Origin: Coniocarpon cinnabarinum
Lineage: Eukaryota
Direction: 5' to 3'
Assembly (NCBI GenBank): GCA_051942205.1
Contig: JAVECO010000081.1
Coordinates: forward strand, 62,001 to 99,158
Length of the DNA: 37,158 nucleotides
The notes under the pieces were generated by a model. The model was not told the origin of the DNA, ran no database searches, and saw only the letters and a program-made list of their open reading frames with translations. Made by a program: the position numbers and the translations under genes. Shown piece by piece: positions 11,302 to 23,604 of the stretch (positions are counted from its first letter, which is position 1; the number at the start of each line of letters is the position of its first letter).

Positions 11302-12233
11302 TCGCCCTTGACGGCGTTCCGAGGAGCAACTGTATTGATCGGCCTAGTCACATGCCTCTTCAGCTATCGACAGCGTCTGTCCACTCACCTGGGGCGAAGA
11401 CGGCCACGACCGTGCTTGTCACTCACCAGATGCTAAGAGTTATTTGGAGCCGTCAAAGGTATCATTCAACGCAGACATGAATCAGAAACGCAATGATGCG
11501 CTTTAACGGCGAGGGTCTTGTAGGAGTGTATTCGCTGCTTCATACATAATTCAGCGTCTCATGAGGTGCAGTGGGCTTTCCCTGTACCCATGGCGTTATG
11601 ACCCCAGTCTTCTTCATCGTGCGAGCTCGACGCCTGAACTAAAATCCGGCGACGACTTTTCTTAGTGACCTTTGTGGCGTGAGAATTGGGTTTGATGCGT
11701 TCAAGTAGCCAAAGCCTCGTCGTACCATCACCGGAGCGGAAGAGATAGCTGGTTACATACTGTTTCATGATGTGGATTTTCAAGCTCAATAACACGTCTT
11801 TATAAGCCTCAGCACAAACGCGACGTAGATTGTCACCCAGACAGCTGATCGATGTTCACGAGAGTCTAGAAGAGTGACGCGTCAGGGAAATAAAAACAAA
11901 AGAGCACAGCCACATGCACCGCCAATGGGCACCCGCCTTGCCGTTCCGGCGCTAGCGTCCCAGTCGGGTCTCCCAGTAAACATCTTAACAGTGGCCAAGC
12001 GCCGACGACGATGCCTCACGCCCACTCCTAGCAACCGCCACCTATTACCTCCCAAACGACCTCCAAATCCCTCAGCTACGCCGCGCGACCTCAAACACTC
12101 CATGACCGACTAGCTACACTACAGCGTCTTCATCTCCAAACATGCCGTCGCAATCTCCTCCACCTTGAACAACACCTCCATCTTCCAGCCTAATCTTCGA
12201 CTCAAAGGTCCCTCCTCGGAGACCGCCGCAGAA

Positions 12234-14415
12234 ATGGGCGTCAACTGCACAACAGCCGAGTCCGCCACACGTCCCGCCTCCTACAAACCCATCGGCATCT
12301 CCCTAGCCGTCGCATCAGGCCTCTTCATCGGCGTCTCCTTCGTTTTCAAGAAACTAGGCTTACTGAAGGCCAACGTCAAATACAACGAAGAAGCTGGGGA
12401 GGGATATGGTTACCTCAAGAATGCCTGGTGGTGGACGGGTATGACGCTCATGATCGTCGGCGAAATCTGCAACTTCGTCGCCTATTCCTTCACCGATGCG
12501 ATACTCGTCACGCCGCTGGGCGCCCTCAGCGTCGTCATTACCACGATCCTGAGTGCTATTTTCTTGAAAGAGCGACTCAGCTTTGTGGGAAAAGTGGGGT
12601 GTTTTCTGTGTATCGTGGGGAGTGTGGTGATATTGCTGAATGCGCCGGAGCAGTCGAGCGTTGCGGTCATCCAGCAGATGCAGTGTTTTGTGATCAGTCC
12701 CGGCTTCTTGACGTACGCGGGGATACTGTGCATAGGCTGTGCGTTTATTGCGTTCTGGGCGGGTCCCCGATACGGCAAGAAGAGCATGTTGATACACCTG
12801 AGCGTGTGTTCGCTCATCGGCGGATTGAGCGTGGTCTGCACGCAAGGTCTGGGCGCGGCGATTCTATCTCAGATCAACGGCACAGACACCACGCAGTTCA
12901 AGCACTGGTTTCTTTACGTCCTGCTCGTATTCGTCATAGCCAGTCTCCTCACCGAGATCGTCTACCTGAACGTGAGTCTTACCTCCAATGCCTCTACCAT
13001 CCGGTTCCCCAGCAACTCGCTAACCATCTCCCCGCTCACAGAAAGCCCTCAACATCTTCAACGCCGCCCTCGTGACACCCACCTACTACGTCTACTTCAC
13101 CTCCGCCACCATCGTCACAAGTGCCATCCTCTTCCAAGGCTTCCACGGCACCGCCATCCAAATCACGACCATCGTCCTCGGCTTCCTCATCATCTGCTCC
13201 GGCGTCGTGCTCCTGCAACTCTCCAAATCCGCAAAAGACGTCCCAGACTCACAAGTCTTCGCCGGCGACCTCGACCAGGTCCGCACCGTCGCCGAACAGG
13301 AAGAATTCGAGTCCGAGCCCAAGGCTGATGCGATCCGCGGCACGGCTGCGCTCATTCGTTCCTTTAGTAAAGGCAAGGCGCAGCGGGAGGCTACCGAAGC
13401 GAAACGCGTGCAACATGATCGGCTTGAAACGATTGGTGAAAACGAGCATGTTGAATGGGATGGATTGAGAAGACGGAAGACCGTCCTCGCGCCTGGAGAA
13501 ACACCACCATCGCGGCAGAAGACGATTCATCCGCCTCTCGGGCTGACGCGTGTCGCCTCCGCCGAAACAGACGCAACGCACAATCCCGACCACGACCGCC
13601 ATCCGCACGCCGGCCTCTCCGCCTTCACACCCTGGCATCGCTACGCTTCTCTCGCATCCAACAAGAAACCGCGCCGTGACGCCTCCGGCCACTCGGATAT
13701 GTCCCTCTCGACGACCGCCTCCGACAAAACGCCATACGCTCTCAATGCCATCCGTCGCGATCCCTCCGGATCTTCGACGTTGGCATCGTATGATCCCGAC
13801 GGCGACCTCGCTTCTCAGGGTCATCTGTACGGCCTCCCTTCCCCGGCGGGCAGACGAGAAGACACGTCATACCATTCTCCGCGGTCAGCACAGGGGCATA
13901 TCACCTTCGCGGAGCCGCCTCGGCCTGGGACCGCGGACACGGGACCACCGCCCACACCACCGCCGCATGGTCTGCAAAGCCGAAGAACATTCAGTTTCCA
14001 ACACGTGTTTGGCTCCAAAAAGAGCGACAGCAGTGCTGAAGGCGCAAAGACGCCGCCTATTGCAAGTAGCGGCCGTAGATTCTTCAGTCGAAAAGAGGCC
14101 GCGAACAAAGAGGGTGTGAGTGAAGAGGAGAGATTGGGTCTCGTGAGTGGAGATGGGGAGGACGGCAGCGTCGAAAATACGCCTGTGAAGGAGAGTGGAG
14201 GAGGTGGAGGAGGGGGAGGACTCGGAGGAACAGGAGGAAGAGGAGCAACGAGCAGGAGTTACGGTGACGATGAAATAGGTCTAGATGACGACACGAGCGA
14301 TGAGAACGATGAATGGGAGGGTATCGGACTCAAGGATTTTGGAGCCATAAGCGCGAGTGGGAGTAGTGGCGAGGGGAGTGAGCGGGAACCCGGGGGAAGG
14401 GGGACGCTTGTGTGA
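12234..14415 (+). CDS. NIPA-family (DUF803) magnesium transporter with long disordered C-tail; exons 12234-12971 and 13042-14415
   Basis: IGISLAVASGLFIGVSFVFKKLGLL...YLKNAWWWTGMTLMIVGEICNFVAYSF..AILVTPLGALSV, and YLN/KALNIFNAALVTPTYYVYFTSATIVTSAILFQG restored by intron 12972-13041 (GTGAGT...GCTAAC...CAG). First in-frame ATG after the TAG at 12111 is 12234. Confidence 0.93.
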
Positions 14416-16505
14416 TGAATCGTCTGTCAAAAATATCAGCAAGAAAGGAATATGAAGGAAAAAGTGAGGGAGCAGAAAATGGAGTGGGAGAGAAGAAGGA
14501 GGTGGGGTCCAATGGTGGATGAGGAATGAGGAATGGAGAGGGAAGTATTGCATTGCTCGGCGCTCTATCCTGGGGATGACCTTGTATTAAGGCTGGGCAC
14601 CACAGCGTCCAGAAGCGTTGGATTGGATTGGATAATCTTAGGAAGCGGTTTGTATAGATGATACCATGAGATGAGCTATGACTCCCAACGTTCTGGCTCA
14701 CGTCAATGAGCAGTGCGTTTCACACACATTGCTTGCGGTCTTTACTTGTAATCTACTTCCATTCTTCTTGCGACGAGGTCGGCCCTAATAGCATCTAGGA
14801 CAATAGACGTGTCTCCTTCGATTTCCCTTCCTCCTGTGAGTCGAGGGTTTCTCGATCTGAGCGCAGGATCAAACGGGCGTGGGAAAGGTGCGTGGGAAAC
14901 GGCAAGTTTGGTCACGTCTCGTTCTCGCTGTGTATCACAAGGGATAGATATAGAGCGAGATCTAAAAGCCGTCGTCGTCGGTGATGATGAAAAGGATGTA
15001 GGCAAGACGTCGAGTGTATTTTCTGTTTTACTTAGAAATCCGCGACTGAATGTTTTGAGAGGAAAAATATTCTGCTGTCGGCCTCAGGAGGAATGGTAGA
15101 ACGTGACATGACATGTGATGGACGATGCTGGAAGGGACGCTGTGCTTGACATATAATCGAACGTTCGATTTTGGGAAGTCGATAGGAATATGATGGATAG
15201 GAACGGTAATTGAGCTGTGAGGGAGCACGAGACATCACTTAAGAAAGCTGTAAATCCGGTCAATCTATGGCTGGGTTTCAAAAGTCCAGCTGCATTCTAG
15301 ACATGTAATGACCTGCCCAGTTCCTCAGTCACAATAGGAGTCTGATGATAAGGTACATAGACGAAAACTCGATCCGCAAGACGGAAAGACAGAAAATCGT
15401 AGTCGATACATGGGAAGCGGGATCTGAGAGCGATACGAATGGCGATGAACGAGGGAGTTTGCATGACTCTTGATCCTTGGTTCAGGTTGGGATCTTTGAT
15501 GATGGCATGACAGTGAAAGACGAAAGCAGATCGAAAATTGGAATGTTGAACAAGGAAATGGACTCACGTGAAAGCACGAGAGAAATAGCAGGACCCATGT
15601 TGAAAGAAGTAGTATTAATGACACGTACAATCGTAACGGTAGCAAAAGAAGTACTCACAGACCACTGATACAGCTGAATCAGAAGTTTGCAAAGGAGGGG
15701 TTTCGCCTTCAAAGTCAAGGCTCAGGCTGAGTGAACTGGCTCGTCTCTCGATGAAAAGTACATGAATTCCTTGGACGTATCTTTAGATACTGGAGAAGAA
15801 AAGAAAAGAAAAGGGTAATAATAGCTCTATTGAGTCGAAAATCTATATAAACGAGCAAGGAACGATACTCGAGTAAAGTATCCAATTCAATAAAGACGCT
15901 GTATTGGTGGAGGAGATGACGAATTCTCAGGACTTCGAGGAATGACTTATCTACAAGAAATTTGTGATACCGAGAGATTGGAAGGCGATGATAAGTACGG
16001 AGAGAGATGATGAGGTATGAGACAGATGAATGAGAGGCCGTAGAAGAGGGTGAGAAGGATAAGGAAGGGAAAGAGTAAAGAAAAGAGTGAAGGAAACATG
16101 ACTGTATCGCAAGGCATCGGTGAATCATGTAATGACCGAGAAAAGAACCCTAGCCTTGAGTAGATGGAGAGATGTTCGAGGACGTTGTACCCTTTCCCAG
16201 GGTTTTGATTTTAAAACAAGTAAAACTGAGTTTGGAGAGAGCAATTGGTGACGTAGGGTCATCAAAGGCGACAGAAGTAGACACAGCGTTAGTAGCCTGC
16301 TTTATGAAACGAAGGAAGACCGGTCAGAAGTAAAGTGCTGCGATCCAACACTGGTATCGAATAAAACACTGTACAAGATGCATATCCAAGAAAATCGTGC
16401 CCAAGACGTCTCGCTCATGCGGCGTGCATCTCGCGTCTACCCAAATCCTTCATGATTACACCCTTGCGCTTGCACCTGCACCTGTACCTGCATAGCGCCT
16501 CTAGA

Positions 16506-18229
16506 TCAGTGTGCTCGCTTCTCCTTCTGCATCTCCTCGAACTTCATGCCATGCCGATCACCCTGCGCAACCTGCCGCTTATGATGTTCCTCCTCCTCAC
16601 TACTGCTCTTCTCCGGGTCCTTGCCCTCCAGCATCTGGCTGTGCGCCTCAATGCCATGCCGCTCCGTCTGCGGAATACCGTCGTTCTCGCGAGCCTCGTC
16701 GGCGTCGCCCTTCATGGGCGTCCACGCCAAATAGTCTCGACGCACCTCGACGTAGTCATACGCGAACTCGCCGAGCTGGTCGTCGTCCATGCCGAGAAGC
16801 TCGGCTTCCTCGGAGGCGCGGAGGTGCAGACCTGGAATCTTGTCGATGATGAAGGCGATAATGGCGGAAACCACGAAGGCGTAGGCGCAAGCGGCAACCA
16901 CATACGCAAACTGGATGTAGAGCTGTTTCCAGTTGTGCTGTATCCAGCCGAGGGGCTCGTAAGGAGCATTCACGCCGTCGAGGGAAACGATGTAGTCGGC
17001 ACCGAAGATGGCATTGGCGAGCAGTCCTAGTATACCGCCGATCCCGTGTTCGGCGAAGACATCCATGCTGTCGTCGATGCGGATCCAGTATTTGACCTTG
17101 GTGCCCAGGTTGCAGACGATGCCTGTGACAATCCCCAGGATGACGCTGCCCCACGGGGTGATGTAGCCAGAAGCAGGGGTGGCGGCGACCAGGCCTGAAA
17201 TGGCGCCGGAGCACCAACCCACCATGGACCACTTGCGAGCGAGCCGCCAATCCAACACGACCCAGGCGATGGAGGCGAAGGCTGCCGTCAAGTTGCTGTT
17301 CCAGCACGCCATGACGGCGCGAAGGTTCGCACCGAAAGAGCTGCCGCCGTTGAAGCCTAGCCAGCCGAACCACAGGAAAACGGTGCCCAGCGTGATGAGC
17401 GAAACGTTGTGCGGGCGGAAGTTGAGCATCATCTTCTCCTGACGACGTCCCAGCACCCACGAGTACGCAAGCGCCGACAGCCCGGATCCAATCTCGACGG
17501 GGCCCCCACCGGCGTAGTCCACCACGCCCCAGACATAGCCCCAACCATTGCTGTTCCACGCCCAGCAGGCGATTGGGCAGTAGACGAGAGTCGCCCAGAA
17601 GAAGATGAAAACCATGGCCGGCATCAAACGGCCGCGTTCCGCAATGGCACCCACGACGATGGCCGCGGTCACGGCGCAGAATTGCATCTGTGCATCCCCA
17701 TGTATTAGTACATTATCCTTGTTTCCATCTCGTAAGATCTACGTGGAGTGGACTTACCTGGTAAAAGGCGTATAACAAATCTGGAATTAGCGGGCTGCCG
17801 GGGCTAGGGGCTCCCAGCGTGTTCATGAGACCAAACTTGGACAATTTGCCAATGTAGCCATTATTGGAGGGGTCAAAAGCCAATGAGTAGCCCCAAAAGT
17901 ACCATTGGAACGTGATGACCGACATGGACATCATGCACACCCAGATCATGCTCAGGGCCGACTTTCTTCGCGCGAGACCTGAATACAAGAACCCCAGACC
18001 CGGCACCATGACCAGCACCATGGCCGAGGCCACGATGATGTAGGCCGAATCTCCAGAATCGTACCATTGGTTCAGATTGACTTGTCCTGGTGGGTGTCAG
18101 TACAAGCAATTGTTGCTGCTGAAGCGAAAATCAGCCAGGGAATGCGTGTAGCGTGAACTCACTCGAGTCTCCGCCGAGCGGTGTGGTGCCATTGAACTCC
18201 GCCGGCGCGCCGATGTATCCGTACGACAT
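16506..18229 (-). CDS. meaA: Ammonium permease, Amt/Mep family, MeaA/Mep1-Mep3 type; exons 18229-18163, 18086-17758, 17687-16506
   Basis: NLNQWYDSGD.AYI...MVPGLGFLYSGLARRKSALS, MQFCAVTAAIVVGAIAERGR, DYAGGGPVE, RPHNV, WFGWLGFNGGS and DDSMDVFAEHG. Introns 18087-18162 and 17688-17757 are canonical. Glu replaces the first pore His (GPVEIGSG), as in the Mep1/3/MeaA clade. Confidence 0.95.
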
Positions 18230-18631
18230 GGCGATGGAGTCGCCCCTCGCTCACGGGAGGTGACCGAAATGGCGACGGGACAGAATAGAAAGACCCAGAT
18301 GGGTGGTGTCCGCGCGAAAGAAGAAGGAACCACGACCGGGGTGAGGCGTTCAAAAGTGGATGAGACAGGCGCTGAGAACGGAAAATATCTCTCCCAGCAG
18401 GTCGAGGAAGGGAGAAAAGAAAGATCACCAGTAAACGTCACTAGGATGCGTGGAGGGAGTACTGTGCAGCGCGGAGACTAGGAACAGAATTGGAAGAATG
18501 AGCTGCAGCGAGCCACGTTGGGGTTGGGGTTGGGGCACGGCGAAGGTTCGTCTGCACTTCGCCGGCAGTTGAAGAGGGAAGATACGTACAGGTGCAGGAA
18601 AAGAAGAGCAAGGATGTGGATGTTTGCGGCA

Positions 18632-19192
18632 TTATCAATCTGTATCTGCTTGGACATGTGGTGGGCGAGCATATCTAGGCTTTGCGCCGCCGTGCACACC
18701 CGAGTGGCCATGAGAATGGATGGAAGAGTCGCTGGCCACGGCGCCTTCTCCGTCGCTGTCAGTGCCAGCCGTCTAGACTGTGAAACGGGGCTAGGCGGTG
18801 GCGGACAGAGATAGTGAATCCACGCTCACCCATTTGAAGATTTGCGTTGTGGTGGGCGCGCCAAGACTCGCCTAGATAAAGAAGGCGTGGTGTGCCCAAT
18901 CATCGCCCACCGCCTCGACTCAGTTTCCGTTACGTATCGCTAACGCAAACGGTCGCTGCAACAGGCAACCATCCCAGCGCTCCCAAACAGGCATCTCCCG
19001 GCTCAGTATCAGCCATGTCGGCCTATCACACTCTCATCCTGTCCCTGCACCCCGGCCTCCCTCACGTGCGTGGCTCTGGCAAGCATCTCTGTTTAAGCTT
19101 GATCAGAGATCTTAATTGCAAATAGTGCGGCGTCGATGCACGCGTCTATCTGCGTGGCAAGTGTACCTTTGCGGGGAAGGACACAGCGATAG
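18632..19192. promoter_or_regulatory. Cluster of HGATAR sites (putative AreA/nitrogen-regulation sites) upstream of the ammonium permease
   Basis: HGATAR matches at 18632-18637 (-), 18809-18814, 18874-18879, 19023-19028 (-) and 19187-19192. Function inferred from known AreA control of Mep genes. Confidence 0.4.
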
Positions 19193-19361
19193 GCCTCTTC
19201 CCCCTGTGCTGTCGCGTTGGGCAGAGATCGTGACCTACCCTTCATTCGCTTACAGTAGTCAAAACACACAGCTGAGGGATGGCAGAAGCGCTAGGCCCTG
19301 ATTGAGGTCGCCGGCAATCTGGTGTCGAGCCTTCATCTGTCATTTCATGAACCAACCTGCG

Positions 19362-20992
19362 TTATCGTTTCCTCTCGTCAGCCTCGCTCGTCAGACTCGG
19401 CTCCGACGACATGCTATCTCGCCCATCTTTGGTCGTCCGCACTGTCTCGATCGTCTTGCTGCCCACCACGTCTCGCGACTCTCGTGGTGACAGACCCCCC
19501 TCGTCGTACTCAGACCCCCGCTGCAGCGGTTCACGGCTCTCTGACTCCCCTTCCTCCTCTTCTAGCCTCGCCTCCTCTGCGTCCGAATCAGAGTCTTTGA
19601 TGAACGCGTCGATAATGTAGTACTGTACCGCGTTCATGATCAACGGGAACACAAACATGACAAAAACGATCTGCAATGCCTCACTCCCTTCCGTCCACCG
19701 CAGTGCCCAGTCCCCAAGCATGGCAATCTGTGGCATCAGCGTGAAGATGAGCAGCACGCAGAATTTCATGCAAAGCAAGCCCAGAAAGTAGAGACCGGAT
19801 TGTTTAATCCACCACGTGGCTCTCGGCGGGTGACCATAGTTGCCGCTTTTGATGGATTCAGCAGGTCGTGCCAGAGGCGTGTGGGCTGCGATGCTGGTAA
19901 TGACTTTGAGAAAGAGTACCAGGATTGGTATGCCCAGGGTTGTCTGCAACCAGCGTCAACAAGAACCCTCTAGACGAAATCGGAAAGGAGTCACTCACGT
20001 CCACGGCAATGTTGATCAAGTAAAAGCTGCATGGGTTGGGCGTCCTCCCGTCCTGATCTTGTACTTTTGGCGCTTGGGTAGCGAGCTCGAGGTTCGCAGA
20101 GGACACCATCGACATGAGAACGTTCAGAAGATGTAGGAGAGCCGAGCCAACAACTTGCTTTGAAACGTCGAAGAACCAGACTTTGAGTGGTCTTCTCGGT
20201 CGTTCCCGCCATCTCTTGAACACAAGTGAGGACAATGCAAGTATTCCAAGCCCAGCTTGAACGACCAGCGCGAATGGCCCCAGTAATCGACATTCACCAT
20301 TCTCGGCTCCTGGCTGATGCGGCGTGTCTCCCTTATCACCGTTGCTGTCCGTACTGTCATCCTCTGCAGCGCCTGACGCCGCCTCGTGAGAGCCTTCGTC
20401 AGACCCGCTTTGACTTGAATCCTGGCTATGCGCCTGGTCTTCTTGCGTGACTCCATTGATCGCGAGGAGCTTGGTCTCGAACGCTGTAAGACAAGATCAG
20501 CCATAGCTCGTCAACTCCGATCCAAGATGGACGTACTCAAAGTCGATTGGGGTGGTATGTGTCCCACTTTCCGAGCCCCGTAAGCCATCTATGATATTTG
20601 TTAGCCGAGCGGGTTTGGAGAAAGCGCGAGTTCTTGCGACGTACATCGGGCGGAATCACCAGTGTCCGCTCTTCTCCCACGCACATGCCCTGCAGGCCCA
20701 CATCCCATCCTTCTATTACCAATCCCTCTCCCAATTTGAATTCAAAGGGCTTGTTCCTCTTGTGGCTCGAGTCAAACAGGCTGCCGCCAGCCAGTGTGCC
20801 GTTGTAGTGCATGGATACCACATCTCCATCTTGCGCTTGAAGACTACAGTCACCAGGACTGGTGGTCTCAATGTCAAGGCCATTCTCCTGAACTTTCGCG
20901 ACTGCGCGTGAGATCCATATCCACAAGGTCAGAAGCGTGTATAATAGGGCGGTGGCGGGGTTCGACGCGGAGCGTTGCAGACAAAGGTACAT
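19362..20992 (-). CDS. FKBP-type peptidyl-prolyl isomerase (signal peptide, FKBP13/Fpr2-like) fused to a STIMATE/YPL162C (DUF3661) multi-pass membrane domain, 488 aa; exons 20992-20645, 20588-20537, 20483-19999, 19943-19362
   Basis: FKBP motifs GDVVSMHYNGTL..GSLFDSS..RNKPFEFKLG...VIEGWDVGLQGMCVGEERTLVIPPD/MAYG...IPPQSTL/TFETKLL continue without a stop through an acidic linker into ECRLLGPFALVVQ..LG..ALSSLVFKRWRERPRRPLKVWFFDVSKQ...NPCSFYLINIAVD/TTLG...SGNYGHPP...QIVFVMFVFPLIMNAVQYYIIDAFIK. Introns 20589-20644, 20484-20536 and 19944-19998 are canonical; total 1467 nt. Confidence 0.9.
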
Positions 20993-23016
20993 TTGTGAGG
21001 ACGTTGGATGTGTTTTAATCGGCGATTCTTAAGGATAGTAACATGAGAGGAGCAGCAAGTGGATAGATACCACACGAGAGTATAGAGGAAGTCCGGTGAG
21101 CAGGCGTGGCTGTGACTGCGGAACGTTTCTAGGCGATGATGCAGTTCCATCTGAAACGCCGTGGCTGGGGCTTGGCTGAAGTCTCTTAACTCCGTGTAAA
21201 GTCCGACCGCACCTGACGCTCAATGCTCTGAATCTAGTAGAAGCTCTGCATGTGCTGTTGCCGGGGTACTCGATGTCGCTATCAGATGATCTGAATTCTA
21301 TTCTGTCAGGGCATTTGATCGTCAAAGCGTTTCATTGTGTGGTCATAGGCGGTAAAGTTGACGTGAGGGCAACTTTCCAAACACGGTCTAAGAGCGTCCA
21401 AACGTCGTCTCATGAAAACGCAGGGACAAGAGGATTGCAGCGTTCTCATTCCAGTTTCTAGGAGCTCAATGATGATTAAAATCCAGAAAGCGTCAGTGGA
21501 TCCTTACGTGTTTCCTTGCGTTTCCCTCTGGAAGGGACTCCCGTCAGGCGCTGTATTGCACCCAGACGGGCTTGAGTAGCTAAGACGCTCAATACGCTCC
21601 CTGTCAACGAAACATGCTATAAGAGTAGACTTGACATTCCCTGGGGCAGCAGAAACGGCGTTTTTGCAATTGAACATGGTCAGATTATGCTTCCAGTCAT
21701 TGGCCTATGCAGCAATTGAGTGGTAGGTCGTTCTTTTACCCGACTCAGCGATGATCACTGTCACTTGCCTTTCTTTCATCTACACATCGTGGTAGACCTG
21801 GTGAGCCGCCATAGCGCGCACTCTGCCTTCGACTGCAGAGGAAGTTCGCTTTTATGTTGCGCAAAAATAGTTGATGATCATTGACCTGACATAATATTGC
21901 TTCGATAGTCTTAAAGCATAATTTGCTCAAATGACAGCCCCTTGAGAGAAGCATTGTGCGCTCTTTAGCATTGAATCATCAGGAACAATATGCTAACACG
22001 ATCAGCGACATTTGTTTTCGCCCTGAAATTTAAACGCACCTCTGCAAAACATCATTTCGATCCTCACCCATCTGCAGGCTTCAAGCGCGAACGGCTCTGT
22101 CGTTGTCGCAGACAACTAGTATGCGGTCGAAAATTACTATTCGCCATTCATCTCCGTCGTCTTGAATTGTAGTCTTCAAAATGACCAACGCTGACATTTG
22201 CGGCACAGCCAAAAGCTCGAGAATGTTTCCGAGTTGTTAATCATTTCCGACCGCAACTTGATCTCATGGCAAAGTTAGTGCGAGATGGCGCAGCTAAGGA
22301 AGTATATTTATGGACATTTAATGTGCTTGAAAACATCAGGCGTGCAGCCATGCGGATATGGCTATTTTGTCGCTTATCTTGCACGTTAATTTGCATGCAG
22401 CCCTTAGAACCCAAACTTTTGGATGTATTCGAGATATCAAGAGGCTCAAACACGATGAAACTGCCGTCTCAAACTCGGGATAGGAGGTTAGACCCTTTTT
22501 TTCTTTGATTTAGCAATGACGCGCGCAACGCTTGCCGTCGAGGAAATCCGTTCTTCTGCAATATAGGGGAAAGCGTTACGAACCATGATCTTTTCGAAGA
22601 CGTTAAGGAGCAAGTTTCAGGAAGACTATATGAATATAGCTATCGAAAAATTTTGCCGCAAACTGATGTAGTGCAGATCAAGGACGTGGACGACTTTTCC
22701 GAAGGTGCGAATAGCAACGCCTCCCAGAGATACAGCCGGGGATCACGGACTACTCGAGCTAGATCTACGACCCTGAAGTGCAAGGCCACCAAAACGAATG
22801 AAAACACCATCGGTGGAAAATTCAGAGGACGAACAAGATCGATAGTGAGATCAAGCTGCCTTTCCGAGAAAGCTATCGTCAGTCATGAGAGTGCTCGCGC
22901 CTTTGCGCAATCTTTGTGCGTTACCGCCCGAGTCTCAACTCCATCACAATTGGCTCTGCGACTGTGCGAGTTGAGTATTGCCGTATTGTCATTTACACTG
23001 CAAACTCCAAATGAGG

Positions 23017-23604
23017 CTAATCGATATTGTGCTCTTTTTTGAGTTTCTCAAGGTTCTCTTGACGTTCGGAGAGGTCTTCCTTGGCCTTGAGGGTCTTCTC
23101 GGGCTGATGATATAGCACTAACCTCCGTCAGCAAGGAATTCGTAGTCTTTTACACGCTTTTTCATGAGACATACCAACGAGGTAGCGACCTTGGAAGTTG
23201 AAGCCGTTGAGTTTGTCGCAGGCAGCCTTTGCATCAACTACATCCTCGTACACAACGAAGACAGTGCCCTTAGTAGAGTTGTTGATGCCTTGGCGTATTT
23301 GTCTTGTGAGGATATCAGCTAGGATGCACATCGCAAAGGGCGCACGCACGCCGCGCCAGTAACTGGGGTGTGTGTACCTTATGGGTCCAAACTTTCCGAA
23401 AAGGTCGAAGAGCTCCTCAGGTGTGACGTTGTAACTATGACTATTAGCCTCAGGGACTACAGCAGGTGTCTAGTTTGGCATTGATGATACCTGAGGTTTT
23501 TGACAAAGAGGGCACTGAATCTGGATTAGCTCAACGTCTAGCGAATTGCTGCGTGACAATCCTCACCGGTTGACTTCTGGAGCAACACGAGCTGCACGAC
23601 TCAT
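23017..23604 (-). CDS. SF3B6: Pre-mRNA branch-site protein p14 (SF3b14/SF3B6), 115 aa; exons 23604-23567, 23514-23491, 23434-23378, 23302-23175, 23117-23017
   Basis: Spliced translation [90 protein letters not shown]...[11 protein letters not shown]. Four GT-AG introns; 348 nt total. Confidence 0.95.

Noticed and set aside
15155..15170. Perfect 16-bp palindrome AATCGAACGTTCGATT
   Set aside because: Roughly one such palindrome is expected by chance in 37 kb; no associated feature.
14420..16450. Possible telomerase RNA or snoRNA cluster in the 2-kb gap
   Set aside because: No TAACCCTAA-type template and no well-paired C/D boxes found.
16452..17559. Long antisense and alternate-frame ORFs over the ammonium permease (also over NIPA and stuA)
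   Set aside because: Expected shadows of high-GC3 coding sequence; no recognisable motifs.
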